From an uncultured beta proteobacterium (GTDB lineage Bacteria > Pseudomonadota > Gammaproteobacteria > Burkholderiales > SG8-39), in the NCBI GenBank assembly GCA_963743805.1, contig CAVUQY010000003.1, positions 234,131-298,130 of the forward strand: a stretch of 64,000 nt of DNA, in the 5' to 3' direction. Below, one piece after another: positions 9,815 through 19,932 of this stretch. Both the position numbers and the translations under genes were made by a program. Positions within the stretch are counted from its first letter, which is position 1. Each line of letters opens with the position of its first letter. A model generated the notes under the pieces. That model saw only the letters and a list, made by a program, of their open reading frames with translations. It made no database searches and was not told the origin of the DNA.

Positions 9815-11797
9815 CTAGGCCGCCTGCGCGAGCTGCGCTTCCTCGGCGTCGAGCACGCGATCGATGTCGGCAGCGAGGTGATGGATCGTGTCGAGCTGGT
9901 GCATCAGCGTGGTTTCCACCTCTTCCAGCTCGCCCACCCGGTCCTCGAGCGTGTCGGTGGCCTGGTGGATGCGCTTGATCGACTCGAGCCGGCGGCGCAG
10001 CTGCATCTGGTGCTCGCGCACCTGCAGCTCCATCGGCGACATGATCGCGCGCAGCCACGACTCGGATTCCTTGTTGGCGTACTGGTAGATGCGCCGCACC
10101 TGGCTCGCGCACGTGTCGAAGAACTTGTGCGTCAGCGTGAGCTGCTCGTTCGTGAGCATCGTATAGACGGTGTCGAACTGGACCTGGAACGTGCGCTCGA
10201 CCCGATCGAACTGCTTCTGGAACCGCAGCAGCGAGAAGCCCTGCGGCGCGGCGAGGCGCAGGCCGTGCTCCGCGGCGAACTTGCGGTACATGGCCTGCAT
10301 CATGGTCTGGATCTCTGCGATCACGTCGCTCGCGCGCTCGAGCTTGCCGCGTACCCCGTCGAAGTAGCCCTGCATGGCGGCGCGCAGGCGCGGCGTGATC
10401 CGCGCGCGACTCATCGTGCGCAGGGCGCGCTTCGACTCGTCGTTCAGGGCATCCATGCCCAGGTGCGTGAAGAGCGTGTTGGTGAGCTGCGAGAACACCC
10501 CGCGGGTGGCCTGGAACCGCGCCAGCCCGCGCTCGAACTCCTCTTTCTCGAAGCGCACCTTGCGCATCATCTCCTCGACCACGTCGAGGTTTCGGCCGCG
10601 CAGGCTGCGCAGGTCCGCGAGCTGCTCGAGCACGCCGGTGAGCCGCGCCTCCAGGATCGAGCGCGTGTTGAGCAGGAGGTCGACGACCTCGTGGCGGGTG
10701 GTCTCCCGCACGATCGCCTGCTTGCCGGGAATCAGCTGCGATGAAAGGGTGCGCTCGAGCACCGGCAGGCGGCTGCGGCCGAGCAACCGGTCGTCCTCGG
10801 TGATCTTCGCGACCAGCCCCTTCTGCGCGGACACCGCGAGCACCTGGTCCTCGGGCACGCCCAGCACGTCGCCGACGAAGCCCATCTGACGGTCGATCTC
10901 GGCGTCGATCTCCTCCTCGCTGCGCAGGCCGTCCCACAGCGTGTCGATCTTGTTGAGGACGACGTAGCGGCCCTTCTGGTGACCCGGCGTGAGCGCGAGG
11001 TACTCGCGCCAGACATCGGCATCGCTCTTCGAGACGCCGGTGTCGACGGCGAGGACGAACAGCACCGCGTGGGCGTTCGGCAACAGGTTGAGCGTCAGCT
11101 CGGGCTCGGCGCCGATCGCGTTGAGGCCCGGGGTGTCGAGGATCACCAGCCCCTTCTCGAGCAGCGGGTGCGGGAAGTTGATGACCGCATGGCGCCAGCG
11201 CGGGATCTCGACCATGCCATCGGCGGCGAAGCCGGCCGACCGGCTCGTCTCGTGCTGGAGGAAGAGCCCGTAGTGCTTGGCCTCTTCGATCGGCACGCGC
11301 TTGGTCGCGCGCACCTGCTGGAACGCCTCGACCAGCGATCGCGCGTCGCTCACGTCGAGCGGCACGCATTCCCATTCGTCGGGAAAGCGCTTGAACTCGC
11401 TCGTGGTCGCGTTGGTGGCGCGCGTCTCGATCGGGAGCAGGTGGATCGCGGGCGGCCCCGACGGGTCCCAGGCGAGCTCGGTCGGGCACATCGTCGTGCG
11501 GCCGCTGGAGGACGGCAGCAGGCGCCGACCGTAGTCGGCGAAGAAGATGGCGTTGATCAGCTCCGACTTGCCGCGCGAGAACTCGGCGACGAACGCGATC
11601 GTGAGCTTGTCTTCGTCCAGCCGCTCGAGCAGCTGGGCGATGCGCAGCTCCGTCTGGGCGTCGGCGAGCTCGTTCACGTGCAGCCAGCGTCGGAACGCGA
11701 CGATCCGCGCCGCCACGTCGGCCCGCCAGGCGCTGTAATCCTCGAAGCGCTTGACCAGGCTCGCGGCGACTTCCGGCGGGAGGGCGGACGTGTCCAT
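9815..11797 (-). CDS. bacterial dynamin-family large GTPase
   Basis: 660 aa; G1-like FSRGKS, DTPG and NKID motifs, followed by a long helical stalk region. Confidence 0.7.
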   Translation of the reverse strand: MDTSALPPEVAASLVKRFEDYSAWRADVAARIVAFRRWLHVNELADAQTELRIAQLLERLDEDKLTIAFVAEFSRGKSELINAIFFADYGRRLLPSSSGRTTMCPTELAWDPSGPPAIHLLPIETRATNATTSEFKRFPDEWECVPLDVSDARSLVEAFQQVRATKRVPIEEAKHYGLFLQHETSRSAGFAADGMVEIPRWRHAVINFPHPLLEKGLVILDTPGLNAIGAEPELTLNLLPNAHAVLFVLAVDTGVSKSDADVWREYLALTPGHQKGRYVVLNKIDTLWDGLRSEEEIDAEIDRQMGFVGDVLGVPEDQVLAVSAQKGLVAKITEDDRLLGRSRLPVLERTLSSQLIPGKQAIVRETTRHEVVDLLLNTRSILEARLTGVLEQLADLRSLRGRNLDVVEEMMRKVRFEKEEFERGLARFQATRGVFSQLTNTLFTHLGMDALNDESKRALRTMSRARITPRLRAAMQGYFDGVRGKLERASDVIAEIQTMMQAMYRKFAAEHGLRLAAPQGFSLLRFQKQFDRVERTFQVQFDTVYTMLTNEQLTLTHKFFDTCASQVRRIYQYANKESESWLRAIMSPMELQVREHQMQLRRRLESIKRIHQATDTLEDRVGELEEVETTLMHQLDTIHHLAADIDRVLDAEEAQLAQAA

Positions 11798-11882
11798 GCG
11801 CGCTTACTGTAGCATGTGCACAGAATGCCGCAAGTCTACGACTTGAAAAGGAAATCAGGGCTCGGACGCGGCTTCCGAAACC

Positions 11883-12698
11883 TCAGCGACGCTGGCAAAC
11901 CGGGCAATACCAGGTCGAGCGTTGCCCCTGGACGATGCGACGTACCGGCGTCCCGCAGACGCGGCAGGGCGCGCCTTCACGGTCATAGACGAGATGCCGT
12001 TGCTGGAAGTATCCCGGCGACCCGTCCGAGTGCATGAAGTCGCGCAGGCTGCTGCCGCCCGCGGCGAGCGCGTCCTGCAGCGTGCTTCGCACCGCCGCCG
12101 CGAGCTGTTCGCAGCGCGCGGCGGAGAGCCGGCCGGCGGCCGTGCGCGGGTGGACGCGGGCGCGGAACAGGCTTTCGCTCGCGTAGATGTTGCCCACCCC
12201 GACGACCACCTTGTGATCCATCAAGGCCTGCTTGATCGCGACCCGCCGGCCGCGCGTTGCGGCGTGCAGGAGCTGCCCCGTGAATGCCGGGGAAAGGGGC
12301 TCCACGCCGAGGTGCGCGAGCAGGGGATGTCGGGCGGGATCGCCGGTGTGCCAGAGCACGGCGCCGAAGCGGCGCGGGTCGCGCAATCGCAGCGTCAGGT
12401 CGCCGACCCCAAGGTCGAAGTGGTCGTACGGTCCCGGCGGCTCGCCCGCTCCCACCAGACGCAGGCTTCCCGACATGCCGAGATGGACAATCAGCGTTCC
12501 GGTGCCGCAATCGAGGAGCAGGTACTTGGCGCGCCGGCGAACCGCCCTGATCCGGGTGCCGAGGAGCGTCGCGGCGAGGCCGGCGGGCACGCGCCAGCGC
12601 AGCCGCGGATTGCGGACCGTCACGGTGGTGACCGTGCGGCGCCGAAGCACGGGGGCGATGCCGCGCCGGGTGATCTCGACTTCGGGAAGTTCGGGCAT
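11883..12698 (-). CDS. mutM: formamidopyrimidine-DNA glycosylase
   Basis: MPELPEVE N-terminus, H2TH domain and a C-terminal CxxC...CxxC zinc finger. Confidence 0.93.
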   Translation of the reverse strand: MPELPEVEITRRGIAPVLRRRTVTTVTVRNPRLRWRVPAGLAATLLGTRIRAVRRRAKYLLLDCGTGTLIVHLGMSGSLRLVGAGEPPGPYDHFDLGVGDLTLRLRDPRRFGAVLWHTGDPARHPLLAHLGVEPLSPAFTGQLLHAATRGRRVAIKQALMDHKVVVGVGNIYASESLFRARVHPRTAAGRLSAARCEQLAAAVRSTLQDALAAGGSSLRDFMHSDGSPGYFQQRHLVYDREGAPCRVCGTPVRRIVQGQRSTWYCPVCQRR

Positions 12699-12826
12699 CG
12701 AACGCTCGTCGTTCTCGCGGCGGTCCTGCATTACTCCGCTCCGGCGGAGACGCTCTTGTGGTCGCGGCAGAGATATATACTAAACTCGCTCGTCTATTCC
12801 GCAGCGGCAGCACCTGCCATCCCCCA

Positions 12827-14611
12827 ATGACTCCGTTCCTTCCCCGATTCGTGATTCATCGCACGCTGCGCGTCCTCGCGCTTGCCGCGCTCGCGGGGTT
12901 GCTCGCGGCTTGTGCGGGCCAGCCCTCGCGCACTTCGAGCGCGCAAGCGCCGGCCGACGAGGCGGCTGCCAAGAAACCGTCGGCCGACGAGCCCGCCGCG
13001 GCCGGCGAGGCGGCACTGCCGAAACAGGACCTCACCGGCGAGACGGTTTACGAGTTCCTGCTGGCGGAGATCGCCAGCCAGCGCGGCAATGCGACGCTGT
13101 CGGCGCAGGCGTACGCGGATCTCGCGCGCCGGACGAAGGACCCGCGCGTGGCGGAGCGCGCTACCCAGATCGCCCTCGAGGCGCGCATGCCGGAAGCCGC
13201 GATCGAATCGGCGAAGGTCTGGGCCGACGCGGCGCCCGACTCGCCGCGCGCGCTCGGCGCGGCGGCCAGCCTGCTCGTCAGCGCCAACCGGGTGGACGAG
13301 GCGCAGCCCTATCTGAAGCGCATCCTTGCCGCTTCGGGGGAGGGCAGAGGCGACGGCTTCATCCAGGTCAACCGCCTGCTCGCCAACAATCCGGACAAGG
13401 CGGCATCGCTGCGCGCGATGCAAAGCCTGGCCGAGCCGTATCCGAACCTGGCGCAGGCCCGGTTTGCGGTCGCGGCGAGCGCGGCCGGCGCAGGGCAGGA
13501 CGAGATCGCGCTGAAGGAGATCCGCGCGGCCTCGCAGCTCAAGCCCGACTGGGAGCTCGCGGCGCTGTTCGAGGCGCAGCTGCTGCAGAAGAAGTCGAAC
13601 GCGGCCGCGAGCGAGCGCCTCGCGCAGTATCTGAAGGAATACCCGAAATCGCGCGAAGTGCGGCTCGCGTATGCGCGCACGCTCGTCGGGGACAAGAAGT
13701 ATCCGGAAGCGCGTCTCGAGTTCGAACGGCTGGTCAAGGAGTACCCCGACAACACCGACGTCGTGTTCTCCGTCGCGGTGCTGTCGATGCAGCTCGAGGA
13801 CTGGCCCGTTGCCGAGGCGAACCTGAAGCGCCTCCTCGACCTGGGGTACCGCGACCGCAATGCCGTGCGGTTTTATCTCGGCCAGGTGTCCGAGGAGCAG
13901 AAGCGCTTCCCGGACGCGCTCCAGTGGTACTCGGAGGTGACGCGCGGCGAGCAGTTCATGCCGGCGCAGATCCGCACCGCGCAGGTGCTGTGGAAGCAGG
14001 GCGACCTGGACGGGGCGCGCAAGTACCTGCAGCAGGTCAACGCGCAGAGCAACGACCAGCGGGTGCAGCTCATCCTCGCCGAGGCGCAGCTGCTGCGCGA
14101 CGCGAAGCAGGAGAAGGAGGCGTTCGGCGTCGTCGACCAGGCGCTCGACAAGCTGCCGAACCATCCGGACCTGCTCTACGACCACGCGATGCTCGCGGAG
14201 AAGCTCGACCGCGTCGACATCCTGGAGTCGAGCCTGCGCAAGCTGATCAGCATCAAGCCGGACCACGCGCACGCGTACAACGCGCTCGGCTACACGCTCG
14301 CCGACCGCAACCAGCGCCTCGAGGAGGCGCAGGCGCTGATCGGCCAGGCGCTCAAGCTTTCGCCCGACGACGCGTTCATCATGGACAGCATGGGCTGGGT
14401 GCTGTTCCGCCAGGGCAAAGGGGAGGAGGGGCTCAAGTACCTGCAGCGCGCCTATTCCATCCGACCCGATGCGGAGATCGCGGCGCACCTCGGCGAGGTG
14501 TTGTGGGCGCTCGGTCGCCGCGACGAGGCGCGCAAGGTCTGGGACGAGGCGCTCAAGAAGACGCCCGACAGCGACGTCCTGACCAGGACCGTCCAGCGGC
14601 TGGGCAAGTAG
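12827..14611 (+). CDS. tetratricopeptide-repeat lipoprotein
   Basis: Signal peptide plus lipobox LLAAC; TPR repeats throughout; in the conserved position upstream of lolB. Confidence 0.8.
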   Translation: MTPFLPRFVIHRTLRVLALAALAGLLAACAGQPSRTSSAQAPADEAAAKKPSADEPAAAGEAALPKQDLTGETVYEFLLAEIASQRGNATLSAQAYADLARRTKDPRVAERATQIALEARMPEAAIESAKVWADAAPDSPRALGAAASLLVSANRVDEAQPYLKRILAASGEGRGDGFIQVNRLLANNPDKAASLRAMQSLAEPYPNLAQARFAVAASAAGAGQDEIALKEIRAASQLKPDWELAALFEAQLLQKKSNAAASERLAQYLKEYPKSREVRLAYARTLVGDKKYPEARLEFERLVKEYPDNTDVVFSVAVLSMQLEDWPVAEANLKRLLDLGYRDRNAVRFYLGQVSEEQKRFPDALQWYSEVTRGEQFMPAQIRTAQVLWKQGDLDGARKYLQQVNAQSNDQRVQLILAEAQLLRDAKQEKEAFGVVDQALDKLPNHPDLLYDHAMLAEKLDRVDILESSLRKLISIKPDHAHAYNALGYTLADRNQRLEEAQALIGQALKLSPDDAFIMDSMGWVLFRQGKGEEGLKYLQRAYSIRPDAEIAAHLGEVLWALGRRDEARKVWDEALKKTPDSDVLTRTVQRLGK

Positions 14612-14647
14612 CCCGAGCTCTACCGCGCGCGTGTCGCGCGGCGCGCG

Positions 14648-15202
14648 ATGCGCACGCACACCATCCTCCTGATTGCCGCAGTCGCCACAGCGCTCCTCGG
14701 CGCCTGCGCGAGCGTTCCGGCGCCGGTCTCGCGCGCGGGCGAATTCGCGGTCGTCGGGCGCGTTGCCGTGCGATATGGTGACGAGGCCGCGAGCGGACGC
14801 GTCACCTGGCGGCACAGCGACGCCGACGACGACCTCTTGATCTCGACCCCGCTCGGGCAGGGCATCGCCGAGATCACGCGGCGCGAGGGCGTGTACACGC
14901 TCGTCGCGGCGGACCGGCAGCGGTTCACCGCCAGCGATCCGGAGCGGCTGACCGAGCAGGCGCTCGGATACGCGCTGCCGCTCGACGGCCTGCCCGACTG
15001 GCTGCGGGGACGGGCGCAACCCGGCGTGCCGGCCGAGTCGCGCTTCGACGGCCAGCGGCTCGCCGAGCTGCGCCAGCAGGGCTGGACGATCGAGTACCTC
15101 GCGTACGAGGACGACGGGCGCCTGCCTAAACGCCTGCGTCTCACGCGCGGCGCGCTCGACATCCGGCTCGCGATCGAGGAATGGCAGGTGGCGCCCCGAT
15201 GA
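14648..15202 (+). CDS. lolB: outer-membrane lipoprotein LolB
   Basis: 184 aa lipoprotein (LLGAC) with LolB-like sequence; sits upstream of ispE as in many proteobacteria. Confidence 0.85.
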   Translation: MRTHTILLIAAVATALLGACASVPAPVSRAGEFAVVGRVAVRYGDEAASGRVTWRHSDADDDLLISTPLGQGIAEITRREGVYTLVAADRQRFTASDPERLTEQALGYALPLDGLPDWLRGRAQPGVPAESRFDGQRLAELRQQGWTIEYLAYEDDGRLPKRLRLTRGALDIRLAIEEWQVAPR

Positions 15203-15272
15203 GTGGACAACATACAAGCGCGCCGGACCACCCTGAGCGCGAGTTCTTGGCGCGCGGCGCCAAGATCAGCCC

Positions 15273-16118
15273 ATGAACAACGCCGCGTGGAAGCGCCACT
15301 GGCCGGCGCCTGCGAAGCTGAACCTCATGCTGCATGTCGTGGGCCGTCGGGCCGACGGCTACCACCTCCTGCAGACCGTGTTCCGGCTGATCGACCTCGC
15401 CGACACGCTCGTTTACTCGCCGCGGGACGACAGTGCGATCCGCCTAGTCGCACCGATTCCGGGCGTGCCCGAGGACGCCGACCTCACCGTTCGCGCGGCG
15501 CGCCTGCTCCAGGCTGAAACCGAATGCACCAGCGGTGCGACCATTTCCGTCGATAAGCGGATCCCGGTCGGTGGTGGACTGGGCGGCGGCAGCTCGGACG
15601 CTGCGACCACGCTGATCGCGCTGAACGAGTTGTGGGGAACCGGGCTCAGGCGCGCGGACCTGGCCCGCATCGGTCTCGCACTCGGTGCGGATGTGCCATT
15701 TTTTCTGTTCGGCCGGAACGCCCTTGGCGAGGGCGTCGGCGAGGTGCTGACGGCGCTCGATTTGCCCCCCGCGTGGTATGTCGTGATCGCGCCGCAAGTT
15801 GCTGTCTCGACGCGGGAAATCTTCGCTTCCGGCGAATTGACACGGGATACGAAACCGCTCAAAATTACGGCCTTTTTCGCGGGGCTCGGAAGGAACGATC
15901 TCGAGCCGGTGGTGCGAGCGAGATTTCCGGAAGTCGCGCGGGCGATCGACTGGCTGGCGAGCCACGGCGACGCGCGGATGAGTGGCTCCGGGTCAAGCGT
16001 GTTCGCGGCGTTCGAGCGCGAAGACGAGGCCCGGGCGGTCGCGGCAAAGGTTCCCGGGGAATGGCGTGCATGGGCGGTCCGCGGCTTGGACCGTCATCCG
16101 CTCGCCCTCGCGCAATGA
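15273..16118 (+). CDS. ispE: 4-diphosphocytidyl-2-C-methyl-D-erythritol kinase
   Basis: GHMP kinase motifs ([20 protein letters not shown]). Confidence 0.93.
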   Translation: MNNAAWKRHWPAPAKLNLMLHVVGRRADGYHLLQTVFRLIDLADTLVYSPRDDSAIRLVAPIPGVPEDADLTVRAARLLQAETECTSGATISVDKRIPVGGGLGGGSSDAATTLIALNELWGTGLRRADLARIGLALGADVPFFLFGRNALGEGVGEVLTALDLPPAWYVVIAPQVAVSTREIFASGELTRDTKPLKITAFFAGLGRNDLEPVVRARFPEVARAIDWLASHGDARMSGSGSSVFAAFEREDEARAVAAKVPGEWRAWAVRGLDRHPLALAQ

Positions 16119-16134
16119 TCTTGATTCGGCAACT

Positions 16135-16211
16135 GGGGAGTCGCCAAGCTGGTTAAGGCAGCGGATTTTGATTCCGCCATACGAGGGTTCGAATCCTTCC
16201 TCCCCAGCCAT
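16135..16211 (+). tRNA. tRNA-Gln (anticodon TTG)
   Basis: Cloverleaf TGGGGAG...GGTTCGAATCC...CTCCCCA-G-CCA; anticodon loop TTTTGAT. Confidence 0.9.
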
Positions 16212-16244
16212 TTTTTCAACCAGCCCTGAAGAGAATCCACGTCG

Positions 16245-16281
16245 CCGGCCGCGAGACGCCTCGCGGCCGGCGATTTTTCCG
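16245..16281 (+). terminator. rho-independent terminator after tRNA-Gln
   Basis: GCCGGCCGCGAG-acgc-CTCGCGGCCGGC followed by GATTTTTCC. Confidence 0.8.
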
Positions 16282-16304
16282 ACCCGAATCACGCGACGAC
16301 ACCG

Positions 16305-17255
16305 ATGGCCTACGAGAACCTGATGGTGTTCACGGGGAACGCGAATCCCCTGCTCGCGCACAACGTGGTCAAGCGGCTGAACATCCCGATCGGGCACGCC
16401 GTGGTCGGCAAGTTCTCCGACGGCGAAGTGATGGTCGAGATCCTCGAGAACGTCCGCGGCAAGGACGTGTTCATCCTGCAGCCGACGTGCACGCCCACGA
16501 ACGACAGCCTCATGGAGCTGCTGGTCATGGTCGACGCGCTGCGGCGCGCCTCCGCCGGCCGCATCACGGCGGCGATGCCGTACTTCGGTTACGCGCGCCA
16601 GGACCGGCGGCCGCGCTCGGCGCGCGTCGCGATCAGCGCGAAGGTGATCGCCAACATGCTCGCCGCGGTCGGCATCGACCGCGTGCTCACGATGGATCTC
16701 CACGCCGACCAGATCCAGGGTTTCTTCGACGTGCCGGTGGACAACGTCTACGCCGCGCCGGTGCTGCTCGGGGACGTGTGGAAGCACAACTACGAGAACG
16801 TGATCGTGGTCTCGCCGGACGTCGGCGGCGTGGTGCGCGCGCGCGCGCTCGCCAAGCGGCTCGAGTCCGACCTCGCGATCATCGACAAGCGGCGGCCGCG
16901 GCCGAACGTCTCGGAGGTGATGAACATCATCGGCGAGGTCGAGGGCCGGACCTGCGTGATCATGGACGACATCGTCGACACCGCGAACACGCTGGCGAGG
17001 GCGGCGGAAGCCCTGAAGGAACAGGGCGCGATCAGCGTGCTCGCCTACTGCACCCATGCGGTGCTGTCGGGGAACGCGGTGACCCGCATCGAGGAGTCGT
17101 CGCTCGACGAGGTGGTGGTGACCGACACGATTCCGCTGCGTCCCGACGCCCAGGCGTGCAAGAAGATCCGCGCGCTCTCGGTGGCCGGACTGCTGGCGGA
17201 GACGATCCTCAGGATCTCGAACGAGGACTCCGTGTCCTCGCTGTTCATGGAGTAG
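16305..17255 (+). CDS. prs: ribose-phosphate pyrophosphokinase
   Basis: 316 aa; PRPP synthetase motifs. Confidence 0.95.
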   Translation: MAYENLMVFTGNANPLLAHNVVKRLNIPIGHAVVGKFSDGEVMVEILENVRGKDVFILQPTCTPTNDSLMELLVMVDALRRASAGRITAAMPYFGYARQDRRPRSARVAISAKVIANMLAAVGIDRVLTMDLHADQIQGFFDVPVDNVYAAPVLLGDVWKHNYENVIVVSPDVGGVVRARALAKRLESDLAIIDKRRPRPNVSEVMNIIGEVEGRTCVIMDDIVDTANTLARAAEALKEQGAISVLAYCTHAVLSGNAVTRIEESSLDEVVVTDTIPLRPDAQACKKIRALSVAGLLAETILRISNEDSVSSLFME

Positions 17256-17319
17256 TCGATTTTCGCAACACCGGCGAGTGCCTGGTCGCGGGCCCGCCGG
17301 CTCAACCTAGGAGCAACAC

Positions 17320-18024
17320 ATGAAGATCGAAATCGGCGCTGCGAAGCGCACGGTGCAAGGCACGAGCGCGAGCCGCCGCCTGCGCCACGCCGGGCGGGTT
17401 CCCGGCGTCCTCTACGGCGGAAAGGATGCACCGGTCAACATCGAGCTCGACCACAACGAGCTCTTCCAGGCCGCGCGCAAGGAGGCGTTCCACGCCTCGG
17501 TGATCTCGCTCAAGCTCGACGGGCAGCCGCAGCAGGTGCTGCTGCGGGCGATGAACATGCATCCGTGGCGGCTCGAGGTCCAGCACGTCGACTTCCAGCG
17601 CGTGCTCGCCGACCAGAAGATCCACATGCGCGTGCCGCTGCACTTCGTGAACCAGGAGAACTCGCCTGCGGTGAAGGCGGCCGGCGCGGTGGTGAACCAC
17701 GTGTTGAACGACATCGATGTCTCGTGCCTGCCCGCGGATCTGCCGGAGTTCATCGAGGTCGATCTGTCGAACCTCACCATCGGCCACTCGGTGCACGTGA
17801 AGGACCTGAAGTTCCCCGCGGGCGTCGAGCCGGTCCTGCACCGGGGCGAGAACCCGGTGGTCGCATCCGCGAGCATCCCGCGCGCAGCGGAGGTCGAGGA
17901 GGCAGCCGTGGCCGAGGAAGTCGTGCCGGCGTCGATGGTGCCGGCGGCGAAGCAGGCGGAAAAGCCGGAAGCCGCCGCACCCGAGAAGGGCGAGAAACCC
18001 GGGAAGGAAGAGAAGAAGAAGTAG
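17320..18024 (+). CDS. rplY: 50S ribosomal protein L25/general stress protein Ctc
   Basis: 234 aa L25/Ctc with an acidic/Lys-rich C-terminal tail. Confidence 0.9.
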   Translation: MKIEIGAAKRTVQGTSASRRLRHAGRVPGVLYGGKDAPVNIELDHNELFQAARKEAFHASVISLKLDGQPQQVLLRAMNMHPWRLEVQHVDFQRVLADQKIHMRVPLHFVNQENSPAVKAAGAVVNHVLNDIDVSCLPADLPEFIEVDLSNLTIGHSVHVKDLKFPAGVEPVLHRGENPVVASASIPRAAEVEEAAVAEEVVPASMVPAAKQAEKPEAAAPEKGEKPGKEEKKK

Positions 18025-18036
18025 CGCGAAGCGCGG

Positions 18037-18070
18037 CCAAGAGGGCGCGGCGGGCGACCGTCGCGCCTTT
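18037..18070 (+). terminator. putative terminator/attenuator hairpin plus T6 between rplY and pth
   Basis: GC-rich hairpin followed by TTTTTT. Confidence 0.5.
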
Positions 18071-18075
18071 TTTCT

Positions 18076-18717
18076 ATGTCGATAAAGCTCATCGCAGGAT
18101 TAGGCAACCCGGGACGCGAGCACGCGCGCGACCGGCACAACGTCGGGTTCTGGCTGGTCGATCGGCTCGCCGCCGCGCACGGTACTGCGCTGCGGAAGGA
18201 TTCGAAGCACCAGGCGCTGATCGCGCGGATCGCGGCGTCGGCCGGCGACGTGTGGCTGTGCGAGCCACAGACCTACATGAACCTGTCGGGCAGGAGCGTC
18301 GGCGGCCTTGCGCGCTTCTACAAGATCGAGCCGGACGAGATTCTCGTCGTGCACGACGAGCTCGATTTCCCGCCGGGCACGGCGAAGATCAAGCTCGGCG
18401 GGGGCGTTGCCGGGCACAACGGTCTCAAGGACATCCAGGCGCAGCTCGGCACGCAGGGGTTCTGGCGGCTGCGGATCGGCATCGGCCATCCGGGCGACCG
18501 CGATGTCGTCGCCGACTACGTGCTCAACTCGCCGACGCCGGATGAGCGCGCGCTCATCGAAGCATCGGTCGAGCGTGGGCTGGAGATCATGTCGCTCGTG
18601 CTGGCAGGCGACATGCAGGGCGCGATGCAGAAGCTGCATCGCGCGGAGAAGGGGGAAGGGGAAAAGGGGAAGGGCGAAGCGCCCGCGCCCAATCCGCCAC
18701 CCGCACCGAAGGAGTGA
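18076..18717 (+). CDS. pth: peptidyl-tRNA hydrolase (with Gly/Glu/Lys/Pro-rich C-terminal extension)
   Basis: GLGNPG...HNVGF motif. Confidence 0.93.
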   Translation: MSIKLIAGLGNPGREHARDRHNVGFWLVDRLAAAHGTALRKDSKHQALIARIAASAGDVWLCEPQTYMNLSGRSVGGLARFYKIEPDEILVVHDELDFPPGTAKIKLGGGVAGHNGLKDIQAQLGTQGFWRLRIGIGHPGDRDVVADYVLNSPTPDERALIEASVERGLEIMSLVLAGDMQGAMQKLHRAEKGEGEKGKGEAPAPNPPPAPKE

Positions 18718-18723
18718 TGTGAC

Positions 18724-19818
18724 GTGGGTTTGAGATGCGGAATCGTCGGTCTGCCGAACGTCGGCAAGTCGACTCTGTTCAATGCGCTGACCAAGGCCGG
18801 CATCGCCGCCGAGAACTATCCGTTCTGCACCATCGAGCCGAACGTCGGCATCGTCGAGGTGCCCGACCCCCGCCTCGCGCAGCTCGCGGCGATCACCAAG
18901 CCCCAGAAGGTGCTGCCGGCCACGGTCGAGTTCGTCGACATCGCAGGCCTGGTCGCCGGCGCGTCGAAGGGCGAGGGACTCGGCAACCAGTTCCTCGCCA
19001 ACATTCGCGAGACCGACGCGATCGCCCACGTCGTGCGCTGCTTCGAGGACCCGAACGTGGTTCACGTCGCCGGCAAGATCGATCCGGTGTCGGACATCGA
19101 GACGATCAACACCGAGCTCGCGCTTGCCGACCTGCAGACCGTGGAGAAGCAGCTCGCGCGGTACAGCAAGGTGGCGAAGACCGGCGGCGACAAGGAGGCG
19201 CAGCGCCTGGTCGCGGTGCTCGAGAAGGTGCTGCCTGTCCTCAACGAGGCGAAGCCGGCGCGAACGGTCGATTTCTCGAAGGAGGAGCTGTTTGTGCTGC
19301 GGCCGCTCTTCCTGCTCACGATGAAGCCGACGATGTACGTCGCCAACGTCGGCGAGCACGGGTTCCACGACAACCCGCTCCTCGCGCGCGTCGAGGCCTA
19401 CGCCGCGAAGGAAGGCGCGCCGGTGGTGCCGATCTGCGCGGCGCTCGAGGCGCAGATCGGCGATCTCTCCGACGAGGACAAGAAGATCTTCCTCGCGGAC
19501 ATGGGCATGGAAGAGCCCGGCCTCAACCGCGTCATCCGCGCCGGCTACAAGCTCCTCGGCCTGCAGACCTACTTCACCGCCGGTCCGAAGGAAGTGCGTG
19601 CGTGGACGGTCCAGGTCGGCGCGACGGCGCCCCAGGCCGCCGGCGTCATCCACACCGACTTCGAGCGCGGCTTCATTCGCGCCGAGGTGATCCCGTTCGA
19701 CGACTACATCGCCAACAAGGGCGAGGTGGGCGCGAAGGAGGTCGGGAAGATGCGGGTGGAGGGCAAGGAGTACGTCGTGCACGACGGGGATGTCATGCAT
19801 TTCCGGTTCAACGTCTGA
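18724..19818 (+). CDS. ychF: ribosome-binding ATPase YchF
   Basis: [18 protein letters not shown]-loop; C-terminal TGS domain. Confidence 0.95.
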   Translation: MGLRCGIVGLPNVGKSTLFNALTKAGIAAENYPFCTIEPNVGIVEVPDPRLAQLAAITKPQKVLPATVEFVDIAGLVAGASKGEGLGNQFLANIRETDAIAHVVRCFEDPNVVHVAGKIDPVSDIETINTELALADLQTVEKQLARYSKVAKTGGDKEAQRLVAVLEKVLPVLNEAKPARTVDFSKEELFVLRPLFLLTMKPTMYVANVGEHGFHDNPLLARVEAYAAKEGAPVVPICAALEAQIGDLSDEDKKIFLADMGMEEPGLNRVIRAGYKLLGLQTYFTAGPKEVRAWTVQVGATAPQAAGVIHTDFERGFIRAEVIPFDDYIANKGEVGAKEVGKMRVEGKEYVVHDGDVMHFRFNV

Positions 19819-19932
19819 TATGCCGTCACGCGAAAGCGGCTCGTGGCTCCGGCGAGCGCGGCGGCGCGTGACGTCATATCTGCCCGCGTTCGAGCGGACA
19901 GCAAGCTGCCGCTCAACGCGGGCAAGGGCAGC

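Noticed and set aside
12794-15217. 807-aa minus-strand ORF antisense to the TPR-protein and lolB genes
   Set aside because: High-GC antisense ORF. Its translation is low-complexity (R/L/A/G), whereas the sense strand encodes clear TPR repeats and LolB.
16119-16304. Possible integration site or mobile element at tRNA-Gln
   Set aside because: No integrase, direct repeat of the tRNA 3' end, or compositional shift lies downstream. The conserved prs-rplY-pth-ychF genes follow immediately after a normal terminator.
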